From positions 6,178,724-6,242,723 of the forward strand of contig MU054338.1 in the NCBI GenBank assembly GCA_013239625.1: a stretch of DNA of 64,000 nt, given 5' to 3'. The notes under the pieces are model-generated. The model was not told the DNA's origin, searched no databases, and saw only the letters and a program-made list of their open reading frames with translations. The position numbers and the translations under genes are program-made. This stretch comes from Lama guanicoe. Lineage: Eukaryota. Positions 44,359 through 56,654 of the stretch are shown here, in pieces (position 1 is the stretch's first letter; each line of letters begins with the position of its first letter).

Positions 44359-44904
44359 ATTTAGGGACCTGATTTAGGGTAGCATCTAAACATCTTTTAC
44401 ATTCTCTTGTTCACGAGAGGATCACAGCAGAAGTGATCGTCCCCCAGCCCCAGGGTTTGTACAGACACACACATGTCACCAGTGGAGCCTGCAGCGGGGC
44501 ATGAGTGGGAAAGAGCCAGCTGGCTGTCCCGCCCAGCCCCTCTCCATCCACCTCCTCCCTTTCTTCCACTGACCTCATTCTGCAGTGCAAATTATGCCTG
44601 GGAGTGGCATCTGCGAGACTGTGGCAGAACAGGTTGTCCAACCCTGAACTGGAGAAACGAAACCCATCTCTGCCCAAGCCAGTGTTTCTTGAACAGGGTC
44701 CAAGCAGAAGCACCTGTCAGCAGGGGGACCTTGGGAAAGGCGCTGTGGGGTGGGTCCTCCGTGGCTCTGCTTCTGCTAGGGAAGCGCTTCACTGTCCTGG
44801 GTTCATCTGGGTCTTACTTATCCCTGGGGCTGCTCACCAGGTGTTCTAATGACTTTATAAACCTGAGACACACCTCCAGGAAGGCAGGAAGCACCTCTTA
44901 AAAA

Positions 44905-45260
44905 TTGAGAGTAACTACCACCCCACACTAGTAGGATGGCTACAAGCAAAAATAATAATAGTAAAAACAAGTATTGGCAAGGATGTGGAGAAGTTGGAAC
45001 TCTGGTGCCTGTGGGTAGGAATGTAAAAGGGTGCAGATGCTGTGGAAAATAGTGGGGAGATCCCTTAAAGATTTTGAAAATAGAACTACCATGTGATCCA
45101 GCAAATCCCACTTCTGGGTATATATCCAAAAGAACTGAGAGCAGGACTCAAACAGATGTCTGTACACCCATGTTCAAAGCAGCATTATTCATAATAGCCA
45201 AGATGTGGAAACAACCCTAGCGTCCATCATCAGATGTATGTGTTCCATCCATTCAGTGAA
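44905..45260 (+). mobile_element. L1MB-like 3' region, left part (resumes at ~47575)
   Basis: ttggcaaggatgtggagaagttggaac; cacttctgggtatatatccaaaagaa. Confidence 0.8.
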
Positions 45261-45314
45261 ATTTTTTTTTCTCACTTCAAAAACCAGAATGTTATAACTG
45301 GCATAAGCATTTCC

Positions 45315-45610
45315 ATTGCATCAAAAACAACAAAATACCTAGAAATAAACGTAACCAAGGAGGTTACCTATACTCTGAAAACTGTAAAACATTGATGAAG
45401 GAAATTGAAGATGATACAAAGAAATCGAAAGATATCTTGAGCTCTTGGATTGGAAGAATCAACATTATCAAAATGGCCGTACTGCCCAAAGCAATCCACA
45501 GAGCCAACGCAGCCCCTGTCAGAGTACTCGCGACATTCTTCACAGAACTAGAACAAACAATTCTGAAATTTATATGGAACCCTAAAAGACCCCGAATTGC
45601 CAAAGCATTA
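45315..45610 (+). mobile_element. L1 ORF2 fragment (post-RT region)
   Basis: [41 protein letters not shown]...[15 protein letters not shown]. Confidence 0.92.
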
Positions 45611-47575
45611 TTTTGTAGGTCTTTTTTTTCTTTCTTTCTTCTTTTTTTCTCTTTTCTTATGGTTCGATGACTAGAGCAGTCCCTTTAACATTAGTTGTAA
45701 AGCTGATTTGGTGGTGCTGAATTCTTTTTGCTTTTTTCTGTGAAGTGTTTGATTTCGTCATCAAATCTGAACCAGAGCCTTGCTGGATAGAGTATTCTTG
45801 GTTGTAAGTTTTCCCCTTTCATCACTTTAAATATATCGTGCCACTCCTTTCTGACCTGTAGAGTTTTTTGCTGAAAAATCAGGTGATACCGTATGGGAGG
45901 TCCCTTGTATGTTATTTGTTGCTTTTCTCTTGCTAATTTTAATATTTTCTCCTTATCCTTAATTTTTGTCAATTTGATTACTGTGTGCCTTGGTGTGTTC
46001 ATCTTTGGGCTGATCCTGTGTGGAACTGTCTGCACTTTCTGGACTTGGGTGACTGTTTCCTTTCCCAAGTTGGGGAAGTTTTCGGTTAGTATCTCTTCAA
46101 GAATTTTCTCAGATCCTCTCTCTCTCTCTCCTCTTTCTGGGACCTCTATAATGCAAATATTAGAGCTCTTCATGTTGTCCCAGAGTTCTCTTAAACTATC
46201 CTCATTTCTTTTCATTCTTTTTTCTGTTCTGCAGTAGTGATTTCCACTAATCTGTCTTCTAGCTCATTGATCCATTCTTCTGCCTCATTTAATCTATTCT
46301 TGGTTCCTTCTAGTGTGTTATTCATTTCAGTGATTTTATTCTTTGGCTCTGTTTGGGTATTCTTTATATTTTCCAACTCTTTGCTAAAAACTTCACTCTG
46401 TGCATCTATTCTCCTCTTGAGTTCTCTGAACATCTTCACTATCATTACTCCAAACTCTTTCTCAGATAAATTGCCTATCTCCTCATCACTTATTTCTTCT
46501 TCTGGGAATTTATCTCTTGCCTTGGCCTGGAAGATATTCCTCTGCTGCCTCATATTGTCTGTTTTTCTATTTGTATTTTTATGGAGGTTAGTCATGTTTC
46601 TCAACTTGCAGAGGTAGCCCTCTGTGGGCGATGTCCTATGCGTCCCAGTGATACACTCTCTTGTCCCCCAAGGGCCAGGATCCACCTGGTCCCGGTGTAG
46701 AGTCTGGCCTGTGTGTGTGGACTCCTTCCACAGGCTTTGGGATTATTGTTTTCTTATTTCTGGTATCTGCCTCCTGGTGGATGAGGCTGGACTAGAGGCT
46801 TATGCAAGTGTACTGGCAGGAGGAGCTGGTGCCTGCCCACTACTGGGTGAAACTTGGTCCTGGACCTCTGGTGGGCAGGGCCATGTCTAAAGGTGTTTTG
46901 TGGCTCAGGACGTCTGCTGATGGGTGGGGCTGTGTTCCCACCCAATGTGTTGTTTGGTCTGAGGCTTCTCAGCCCTTAAGCCTACAGGCTGTTGGGTGGG
47001 GCTGGGTCTCAGTGATAACAATCCAGTCAAGATGTCAGCCTCCAGGAGAGCTCTTGCAGATGAACACTTCCGGGGTGTCCACCACCAGCTTTTATGTCCC
47101 CTGGGTGAGCCACAGATGTCCCCTACCTCTCCAGGAGACCCTCCAAAACCAGCAGGCAGCCCTGGCCCTGGATCCTATGAAATCACTGCCTTGGACCTGG
47201 CACATGCGAGATTCTGTGTGCACTTCCCAAGAGAGTGAAGTCTCTGTTTCCCCATCCCATGAGGCTCCTAGAGTTAAGCCCCGCTAGTCTTCAAAACCAG
47301 ATGTCCTGGGGTCTCTTCCTCCTCCCAATGCTGGAACCCCAGGCTGGGGGGCTTATGTGGGGCTCGGAACTCTCACTCTTGTGGGAGGGCCTCTGTGACT
47401 TAATTATTCTTCAGCTTGTGGGTCGCCCACCTGGGGGATATGGGGCCCGATTATATCGTGAGCACGCCCCTCCTACCATCCTGCTGTGGTTGTGTCTTTA
47501 TGTTTCCAGTTGAAGATCTTTTTTTCTAGTTCCAGTCTTTTTTTCCCCCATGATTGTTTAGCAGTCAGTTGTGGT
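45611..47575 (-). mobile_element. Younger L1: 5' UTR plus frameshifted ORF1 (~46553-45670) plus inter-ORF spacer
   Basis: ORF1p peptides RLNEAEEWINELEDRL, NEDSLRELWDNMK, ENFPNL, NLQPRILYPARL in ORFs 46212..46685 and 45691..46215. Confidence 0.93.
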
Positions 47576-47930
47576 TTTTCCATACAGCAGAATATTATTC
47601 AGCCTTAAAAAGGAAGGACATTCTGACTCATGCTACACCGTGAATGATGTTATATTTGTCTTTTGCGTCCACATGGTATACGAGGTCCCTAGAGTAGTCA
47701 GGTGCAGAAAGTCAGAAAGTAGGGTGGTGGGTGCCAGGGGTGGGGGAGGAGGAGTTAGTGTTTAACAAGGGCATAGTTTCTGTTTTGGAAGACAAAGTGA
47801 CTTCTGGAGATGGATGGTGGTGATGGCTACACAACAGTGTGAATGTGCTTAATGCCACAGACTGTAACCTTAAAAATGGTTAAGATGGTCAATTTTATGT
47901 TCTGCATCCTTTACATCAATTTTTTTTAAA
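47575..47930 (+). mobile_element. L1MB-like 3' end, right part
   Basis: gaatattattcagccttaaaaaggaagg...ctggagatggatggtggtgatgg. Confidence 0.8.
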
Positions 47931-48594
47931 GCTCATAAGCAGTAATAAATCCAAGCCATACAGCTAACGTCTGATGAGTGGATGCAGCCGAGGTCCTTGG
48001 GACCCACACCAGGTGGCTGAGCAACTCTGTGCAGAATCTCCAAAGGCGAAGCCTCAGCCGGAGATAATGAAGACTTGACATTGCTGGGTTATCCAGGCTC
48101 CCTGGGGAACCCTGGAGTCGGTGTTCACCGGCTGGAGATGATGACCTCTGTGTTTATGGAAGGCGCATGCGGGCCCCCATCATGATGCTCGCTACCTGCC
48201 CATCTGAGATCGGTGCTGCAGCTCACACCACGGGATGGAAATACGAAAGCACCAGCCCGGCCCTGAGTCACTGCGCAGGTGTGTTAATTACCGCCAGGGG
48301 ACCTTGCTGATGAGAGCTGGAGGAAGGAAAGCTAGTTTTCCTTTTAACAATCATCTGCTGTCCCTTTGATGTGCTGTTATCAGACACCGCCAAGTTGCCT
48401 GCTGTGTCATCCCAGACTCCCCAAAGTCCTGGCCTTAGGTTTTTTCCCCTCCATTTTTAAAACTTCCAAAAGAATAAAGTGGAAGAAGCCATGGATTCTA
48501 TTTCTAGGGCAAGGTGAAGAGAGCATTTCTTGCCATCAGAGCTTCTGGAATCTTCTTAGGCTGGAAGGACTGGGCCAGTGTCTGTACTGAGCTC

Positions 48595-49100
48595 AGCTGA
48601 AATCCTGAGCATGACTCTCAAGGCCCTCTGCCCTCACCTCCGCCAGTTCCCACCACTCACTCACCCCAGCCACACTGGCCTCCTCACTGTTCCCCCAGCC
48701 TGCCAGGTACAATCCTGCCACAGGGCCTTTGCACCTGCTGACTTTATGCCTGGAACCTTCTTTCCCCAGATATCTGCACTGCTCCTCCCTCAGTTCCTTC
48801 AGACCTTTGCTCCAATCTCAACGTCTCTGACTGCCTACTTAGGGTTGCAGCCCCTCCCTCAGCAGTCAGCTTTCCCGGTCCTCCCTTCTCCACAGCACTT
48901 ACTGCTTTCTTTCTCTGGTTTCCTTATTTACTATGTCAATAGTGTATTCACTGTGCCAACAGTCCATCTCCCTGTCGCTTGTGCCCTGCACAGTAGCACT
49001 TGAGCCCCGAGAGAGCGGGGGCCTCCGTGTTCATCAGTGTGTCCCGTGTGTCTGTAATAGTGCCTGGTGTGTAGTAGGTGCTTAGAAAACACCAGTCAAA
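48595..49100. mobile_element. L2 fragment
   Basis: ccagccacactggcctcct, cagggcctttgcacctgctg, agtgcctggtgtgtagtaggtgct. Confidence 0.7.
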
Positions 49101-49629
49101 TAAACGAATTCACCTGAGTCCTGAACCTGTGGGGGTCTGATGCTATCTCTAGGTGGGGAGTGGGGAGCAATGTGGATCTTATCCTTAAAAATGTGGTTGT
49201 GCATTTTGACCTGCCCACATTCCCCCCTCCACCCAGGGGCTAACACAGAGGCTGCCTTCGGTTTCACCCCCATCAGAGCAGTCCCGGGGCTGGGGCAGCT
49301 TCCCAGATGGCATCTGTCAAAAGCTATAAAAGCATATGCTACCCACGGCCCTCTGGGACATGTGATGGCAGAAGGGGCGAGCAACAGAACAAAAGCCTGG
49401 GGAGAGGAAATGAGGTTGGAATCAAAATGGCACACTAGGAAAAAAATCAAACACCAAAGAAGGCAATAAGGGAGGAATTAAAAACACGAAACATGCAGGT
49501 CATATAGAAAAAATAGCCCAACGCATCTCTCTGCAGTGTTTCTGCAGCATTGACCATGGCAAGACCCTGGAGATTCTAACATCGAGAAGTCTCCATTGTC
49601 CTCAGGGATGTGTTATCCACCAGGCATCT

Positions 49630-50027
49630 GCGACAGTTCACAGAGATTTTTGCCAACCTGCAAAGCACACCCAAGTTTCAGTGTTCAGAGTTTTACTGGG
49701 GTTTCATTACATAAGAATCTTTGACTGAATGCTTACCTGATGGAATCATTGCCCACATGGCTGAATCTCCAGCCCTCCTGCCCACTCTCACCCCAACTCC
49801 TGGAGGTCAGGCTGAAATCACATGTCTAATTATATGGTTGGTCTTTCTGGCATGGACAGCCGCCACCCTGAGTCATCGAGTTAGCATAAACAATCACGTG
49901 TGTTCCGAGGGGCCCACCAAGAAGAGCCACCACACTGCTGTCACTTGTGGGATCCCCAGGGTATACAGGTTACCTCTCGGGAGCTAGGACAGAGGCCAGG
50001 GCTCTCTTTGGTATCTTCACTATACAA
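49630..50027 (-). mobile_element. MER21-like LTR fragment
   Basis: gagttttactggggtttcattacata, atggttggtctttctgg; antisense similarity to the 26.2-27.0 kb element. Confidence 0.6.
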
Positions 50028-50600
50028 TGTTACGCTTCAGTTTAAAATTTATTAAGATAATAACTCCATATCTAGACCAATTGGAATAAAACTGTGGAAC
50101 ATCAAAAACAAGGAGGCAGCCTTAGGATCAGCCAGGGTAGCAACAACGACAGAGAAGCAACATCTGAGGCCAGAAGACAATGAATCATATCTTCAACGAA
50201 TAAATAAATTTTTAATTTTAAAAAACCAAAGTCCATCTTGGCCCTGAGAACAATTTTAAAGAACATAGTCAAAGGAAGACATTTTCATTCAAATAAAAGC
50301 TGAGAGAGTGCCACCAGCAGCCCTTCAAGGGTGTTCTTCAAGCAGAACAAAAAGTGATCCGATACTATATGTAAAATAAACAAGATCCTACCTTGTAGCA
50401 CAGGGAACTATACTTGATATCCTGTAACAAACCATAACAGAAAAGAGTATGAAAAAGCATATATATATATATATAACCGGATTACTTTGCTGTACAGTAG
50501 AAACTAACACCATATTGTAAATCAATTATACATCAATTTTTAAAAAAAACTTAAAAAGTGATACAAGAGGAAAGGGTGGAGAACCAAGAAGGAATGTTGA

Positions 50601-50715
50601 GAGAGAAAGAAAGGAAGGAAGGGAGGGAGGGAGGAAGGAAGAAAGAAAGAAAGAGAAAAAAGAAAGAAAGGAAGGAAGGAAGAAAGAAAAGAAAGAAAGA
50701 AAGAAAGGAAGAAAA
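50601..50715. repeat. Polypurine (GAAA/GGAA/GGGA)n simple repeat
   Basis: Seen directly. Confidence 0.9.
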
Positions 50716-51449
50716 GTGGTAATTATGGATAAATCTAAATGCTTGTTGAGTTTGGAATACTAGTAATAGTGCAGTGTATTTTTGAAGTTGAAAATAAAGT
50801 TTAGAACAACTTTTTCTTAAGTAGTATGGTGGCCAGAGTTGAGCAGAGGTTTCTCCAGCCTAGGAGACAGACCAGGTCTCTGATGTCTAGGTTGGAGACA
50901 TGACACGAGAAACCTGAATGCACAAATCACTCTATGATCTTCTTGCAGCAAGGCAGAGGGTGTGGCATGAAGCCGAAGCCTGGGAAGGTGTCCTTTGCTA
51001 AGATGATGCTTCAGGTGGCACCTGAAGAAGGACTTCATGCCTTAAGGCAAAGGGCAGGACCAGTGGGAGCTGGGGAGAGAGAGCCAGCCTCTCAGCACAG
51101 CTGGGTTGTGGGAAAATTAAGAGCTTCCTGGGTATCGCATGTCAGAAGTGGTTTTGCAGCTCACCCTCTGCCCTGCCCAGCAGCTGAATTCATGTATCTG
51201 GGTGCACTGGGCTGGCTCCATTTGCATTCTGAGCCCAGCCCAGGTGTGTGCAGGGAAGTTTGCTGGGGTTTTTTGGTTTTTTTGGTTTTTTTGGTTTTTT
51301 AGAAGAAAGAAGTTATGTTTCAGCACAGAAGACAGATAGGAACTAACTTGAACAAACCTGTCATCTGAACAAAACAGGTGGCAGGGGATTAAATAATTTT
51401 GCTTACTTTTCTGACGCCTCAAAATAATTTCGAATTTAAAAATATTTTC

Positions 51450-52425
51450 TCAACAGCACTAATCAGGGGACTGCAAATTAAAACCACAGTGAGAGACCAC
51501 TTCACACGCATTCGGTTGTGGAAAAATTAAAGTGCTTTTGCATTGCAGGTGGGACTGTGAAATAGTGATGACAACCACTGTGGAAAACGGTAGGCAGTTC
51601 CTCAAAAAATGAAAAATAGAATGACCATATGATCCAGCAATGCCACTTCTGGGTATTTACCTAAAAGAATTAAAGCAGGGACTTGAACAGGTATGTGCCC
51701 ACCCATATCTGAAGCATCGTTAATTCACAGTGGCCAAAAGATGGGAGCAACTCAATGGCCCATTGATGGACAAATGGATACAGAAAATGTGGTCCATCCA
51801 TACAATGGAATATTATTCAGCTTTAAAAAGGAAGGAAATTCAATAGATTTTTTTTTTAAAGTTTCTGCTGTATAGCACTGGGGACTATGCTCAGTATCTT
51901 CTAGTAACCTTTAAAGAAAAAAATATGAAAACAAATATATGTATGTATATGCATGACTGGAACATTGTGCTGTGCATCAGAAATTGACACACTGTAACTG
52001 ACAGTACTTCAATTAAAAAAAAAAGGAGGAGGAAATTCTGACACATTCTCCAACATGGATGAACCTTGAGGACATCATACTAAGCAAAATAAGCCAGACA
52101 CAGAAGGACAAAGACTACATGATTCCACTTATATGAGGTCCCCAGAAGGGTAAGATTCACGGAGACAGAAAGTAGGATGGGGGGGGCGCCAGGGGCTGGG
52201 GGAGGGGGAGTTAGTGCTCAATGGGGACAGAGGGCTGGGGGAGGGGGAGTTAGTGTTCAATGGGGACAGAGTTTCATTTTGGGAAGATGGAAAAAGTTAT
52301 GGGGATGAATGGGAGTGATGGCTATACAGCAATGTAAATGTGTTTAATGCTGCTGAAATTGACCCTCAAAATGGGTAAGATGGTAAATTTATGTTATCTG
52401 TACTTTATCCTACTAAAACTAAAAA
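51450..52425 (+). mobile_element. L1MB-like 3' end with a nested younger L1 tail (~51860-52023)
   Basis: tgcaaattaaaaccacagtgaga; aaaaagga..ggaaattc repeated on both sides of the insert. Confidence 0.8.
52193..52270. repeat. 39-bp tandem duplication (1 mismatch)
   Basis: gggctgggggagggggagttagtg(c/t)tcaatggggacaga x2. Confidence 0.9.
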
Positions 52426-53264
52426 ATTGGTTTCACAGGAGTTTCCAGACTAGGACACTGGTGTGATATTATTATTAACTTAAGGTTTCACACTTCTAGT
52501 CTCCTGGACGCTCCGTTTAACTCCCTAACCACTTAACATTTAAGTAGTTGTCTTCTCAGTAGCCATTTCAGGGCACCAGCTTCTAGCTCTCCCACAGCAA
52601 AGCAAGAGAAGAGTGGTCTTATGCAGGTAGCTCTGGGTGTGAGGGTTGCAGGGAGAAGCCACCAGGTTGAGTATTTAATCCGTCTACACCCTGAACAAAA
52701 GATGCCTCCTTCCCGCGGCGTCTCAGACTCGCACCGGGAGAGATGGAGCTGGTAAACTGCTGGAAGTGACGTGGCTGTGGGGCCAGCATGTTCTGTCCCT
52801 GCCGTCACTCTTCTTTATTAGCTCCCCAACCCACGCTTCCATCTATCTCCACCACGAGTAAAACAAAACAAACCCTGCAAATCTGAAGAAGGCAAAGCTG
52901 GCGTGCAAATACGCAGCACAGAAGGCTTCATCCAGAGTCTGGTGAACTCCAGAGTCTCTTCCAAGCAAAAATTCCCTACCTAGAGGTTGCTGACCACAAA
53001 TATCAAAGGGCAGATGGGAACAATCATGAGGGAGAGCCAGCATCTGCACTGCAGGAGCCGGTTCTTTGAAACCTCTCTTCATCAGATGGGGTGCTGGCTC
53101 CTGGAGGGTCCTTTCCCACGATTTGAGCTGCCAGGCCAGATCCTGCCAGGAATCGCCAGCTCCAAGCCAAGGCAACAGCTCATCCCTGCCGTCAGCCTTA
53201 GCCCTGCTCCTTTTGGGTAACTCTGCCATCACTCCATTTTCAACAATTTCATATCCCTGATTTT

Positions 53265-53700
53265 TAAAAAATTGTGTTAAACATCTATAACATAAAATTT
53301 ACCATCTCAACCATTTTTAAGTGTACAGTTGTTCAGTATATTCACAATGTTGTGCAGCCGATCCCCAGAACATTTTCATCTTGCAAAAGTGAAACTCTGC
53401 CACCATTAAATGCTAACTCCCTAGCCCCCATTCCCAGCCCCTGGCCCCCATCGTCCTACTTTCTGTCTCCATGAATCTGACTGCTCTGGGGACCTCAAGC
53501 AATTGGAAACATACAGTATTTGTCCTTTTGTGAATGGCTCATTTGCTCATATCAGCAAGTTGTTCCCAAGGTTCATCCATGTTGGGGCCTGTGTTTGAAC
53601 TTCTCTTCTTTTTAAGGCTGAATAATATTCCATTCCAAAACACATTTCGCTTGCCCAGTTGTTTGCTGATGGATACTGGGGTTGCTTCCGGTGTTGTACA
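53265..53700 (-). mobile_element. L1MB-like 3' end
   Basis: aacataaaatttaccatctcaaccatttttaagtgtacagtt. Confidence 0.8.
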
Positions 53701-53739
53701 TTTGATGGGTTTTGACAAATACGACTCACCGTGATGGTA

Positions 53740-54085
53740 TTGCTGGGGAGTTGCTAGGTTCTTCTGGCTGGTCTAAGAATTAGACTGACATGAGGCAGAT
53801 GAACAGGAGGAAATCAAGCAAAGTTTGATAACGCATACACACAGGAGAGACCCAGGAAAACTGACTCACTCGCCAAAAGTATTTTAACTGTAGTAGCTTT
53901 TATAAAACTCTGGAAAGGTAAGTCTTACAGGATTATTTCAACACCCAAACGGCTGTTTATGGAAACGTCAGGAGGCTTTCCATAGCGCTGTTCCCTCAGC
54001 AAGGCCACCGTTAGCTCCCTCCTGAACTCTGGGAGATGTTATTTACCAAAATTTGGTTTACATTTAGCTTTTCAGGGACATATGA
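53740..54085. mobile_element. MER34-like LTR fragment (tentative family)
   Basis: ggctggtctaagaattagactgacatgaggcagat..aacaggag. Confidence 0.5.
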
Positions 54086-54177
54086 CCTGAAAAGAAGTAT
54101 CCAATATGATGCTGCCTGGCTCTCCTTCATTGTCCTCCTCACGTGTAAGTGATCAGAATTGGGTCCACTTGCAAATA

Positions 54178-54602
54178 CAGTTGACACTTGAACAACATGG
54201 CTTTGAACCGCTCAGGTTCACTGCTACACAGATTTTTTTTTCAGTAGTAAATACTACAGTACTACATGAGCCGAGGTTGATTTAATCCGAGGATGCAGAA
54301 CATTGAATACGTGGGAACCACAGATAGGGAGAGCTGACTATAAATTATACTTGATTTTTTAAAATTTTATTTTTTATTGAAGTGTAGTGGATTGACAATG
54401 TTAGTTTCAGGTGTACAGCCAAGTGATTTGGTTATACGTATACATCTATATACATATATTTTCAGATTATTTTCCATTATAGCTTATCACAAGAAATTAA
54501 ATGTAGTTCCCTGTGCTATACAGTAGGACCTTGTTTATATGCAATTTTTGACTTCATGGAGGGTTGGAGCTCCTAACCCCCTCATTGTTCAAAGGTCAAC
54601 TG
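54178..54602. mobile_element. Tigger2-like non-autonomous TcMar transposon with an L1 tail inserted at ~54355-54535
   Basis: TIRs cagttgacacttgaacaa / ttgttcaaaggtcaactg, left end preceded by TA. Confidence 0.8.
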
Positions 54603-54604
54603 GT

Positions 54605-55030
54605 ATTCTTTTTTTCCTTTTCCATTATAGTTTATTACAAGATATCAAATATAGTTCCTTATGCTATACAGTAGGACTTTGTTGTTTATCTATTGTATAT
54701 GTAGTACTTTGTATCTGCTAATATCAAACTCCTAATTCCTTCCCCTACTTTCCCCTTTGGTAACCACAAGTTCGTTTCTTATGTCTGTGAATCTCTTTCT
54801 GTTTTGTAAATAAATTCTTTGTATCAATTTTCTAGATTCCACATATAAATTATATCATATGATGTTTGTTTTTGTCTTACTTCACTTAGTATGATCATCT
54901 CTAGGTCCATCCATGTTGCTGCAAATGGTATTATTTCATTCTTTTTATGGCTGAGTAGTATTCCATTGTATATATACACCAAGTCTTCTTTATCCAGTCA
55001 TCTGTCTATGGACATTTAGGTTGCTTTCAA
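54605..55030 (-). mobile_element. L1 3' end
   Basis: tggtaaccacaagtt, ttcacttagtatgatcatctctaggtccatccatgttgctgcaaatgg. Confidence 0.85.
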
Positions 55031-55039
55031 CTGTATTCT

Positions 55040-55170
55040 TTTTTCTTTTAATTTTTTTCAGGGAAGTAATTAGGTTTATTTGTTCTTTTTATTTATTTCT
55101 TGGTGGAGGTACTAGGGATTGAACCCATGCTAGGCAGGCACTCTACCACTGAGCTATATCCTTCTCCCAT
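55040..55170 (-). mobile_element. tRNA-derived SINE (camelid-type)
   Basis: ggaggtactagggattgaaccc...ctctaccactgagctatatcc. Confidence 0.8.
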
Positions 55171-55489
55171 CAGCTGTATCCTTAGCATGCTCTCCTGCAA
55201 CCTCCTCCAGGTGCTCACCCTGTGAGCATTTCCTTACTCTCAGCTGGCTGTTACCTTATCGATCTGGTGGTGTTGATGATCAACTAAATCTCTGTTGTAC
55301 ATGTATTTTTGTTTTCTTTGAATTTTTGCTTTATTTGACGTTGTTTGAACATGTTTTGAAGCTTTTAATAAAAGGCATTATGTCATGTGCAATGACTGTC
55401 AACTTGCTTTTAACTTGCCCTGTTATGGTTGAGTCTGGTGTAGACAGGCACGAGGATATGGTTCATTCCTTCTCACTGCCGTAGGGTAT

Positions 55490-55946
55490 CTGCTGTGGCC
55501 TGAGTGTGTCCCCCCAGATTCATAAGTTGAAATCCTCACCCCCAGAGGTGATGTTATCAGGTAGCGGGGCCTTTGGAAGGAGTTCAAGTCATAGCATGGA
55601 GCCTTCATGAATGGGATTTAGTGCCTTTTAAAGATGCTCCAGACCAAAAAAAAATTTTAATTAAAAAATAAAAAATAAATTTAAAAAGCAAACAAAATAT
55701 AAAAGAAATAAAAAAGATAAAAATAAAAAATAAAAAAGAGAAAATAACAACAACAACAACAAAACAAAAAACCAGACACTCCAGAGAGCTGCCTTGTCCT
55801 TTCCACCAGGTGAGGACACAGCGAGAAGGTCTGCAGCCCCGGAGCCAGTGCTCGCCCAGCCCTGCCAGAACTGTGAGCAATGCATTGCTGTTGGTAAACC
55901 AGCCAGTCTGTGACACTCTGTCTGGCAGCCCAAGTGGACTAAGACC
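55490..55946 (+). mobile_element. MLT1A-like MaLR LTR interrupted by an A-rich tract (~55645-55772)
   Basis: tgtgtccccccagattcata, gtgaggacacagcgagaagg, gcagcccaagtggactaagac. Confidence 0.8.
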
Positions 55947-56654
55947 GCAGCCCAGCATCTGGTCACACCACACTTCATCTGATTCCCACTGATGGAGACA
56001 GAATCATTTTCTTTGGACAGTCTTGAGTGCCTCCAGGCGGACCTGGAGCGCCTCTGGGAGACTCGGACACATGCTCATGGCAGTTGCAGATGTGCCCACC
56101 CCAGGAGCCATCCTTGCATCGCTCTGCACTATTGTCTGATGTTCTCCCTGGCAGCTGCACCAGTTCACCCTCCCCACCACTGTGAGACCTCCCTTTTCTC
56201 CACCGCATTACTGATAATTGGTATCGTCAAGCTTTAAAATTTTTGCCCATCTGATGGAAAACTGGCATTTTTGTTGGGATTCCCTTCCTACTTTTCCAAG
56301 CTGACTCAGGTCAGCATGACTGCCCAGGTGAGACTAAGAGTAAACCATAAGTGTTCCACTTAACTAGCGCCATTGCCTCATCCAGGGACTCACGCGGTGC
56401 TAGGAACTGAGACCTCCAAGAGCCTATCAACAGCCTCTCAAATGCTTAAAGAATACAAATATTAATCACCGAACAAGCTTTTTGAAAAAAAAATCTGATT
56501 ATCTACTTAGCATTCCTTATTATATCCTATCCAATGATATCTTATTATTGGGGTATCTACCAAGTAACTTACTTGGATAGATTTTTTTTATTCCATTTAA
56601 CTTTACTTCCTGTATTGTTAAAAAACAAAAATATATATTTAAAAGGCTCTAGGC

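Noticed and set aside
45670..46685. ORF1p-like ORFs as a domesticated gene
   Set aside because: At least two frameshifts and embedded in L1 5' UTR and spacer context
47971..48335. Two CTGATGAG motifs (47971, 48307) and a CGAAA suggesting a hammerhead ribozyme
   Set aside because: I could not build stem II closing onto GAAA or a valid stem III with an NUH cleavage triplet
52843..53232. 129-aa minus ORF with a hydrophobic C-terminus (also the 125-aa ORF at 57479..57856)
   Set aside because: No recognisable family and no supporting promoter or consistent exon structure on that strand
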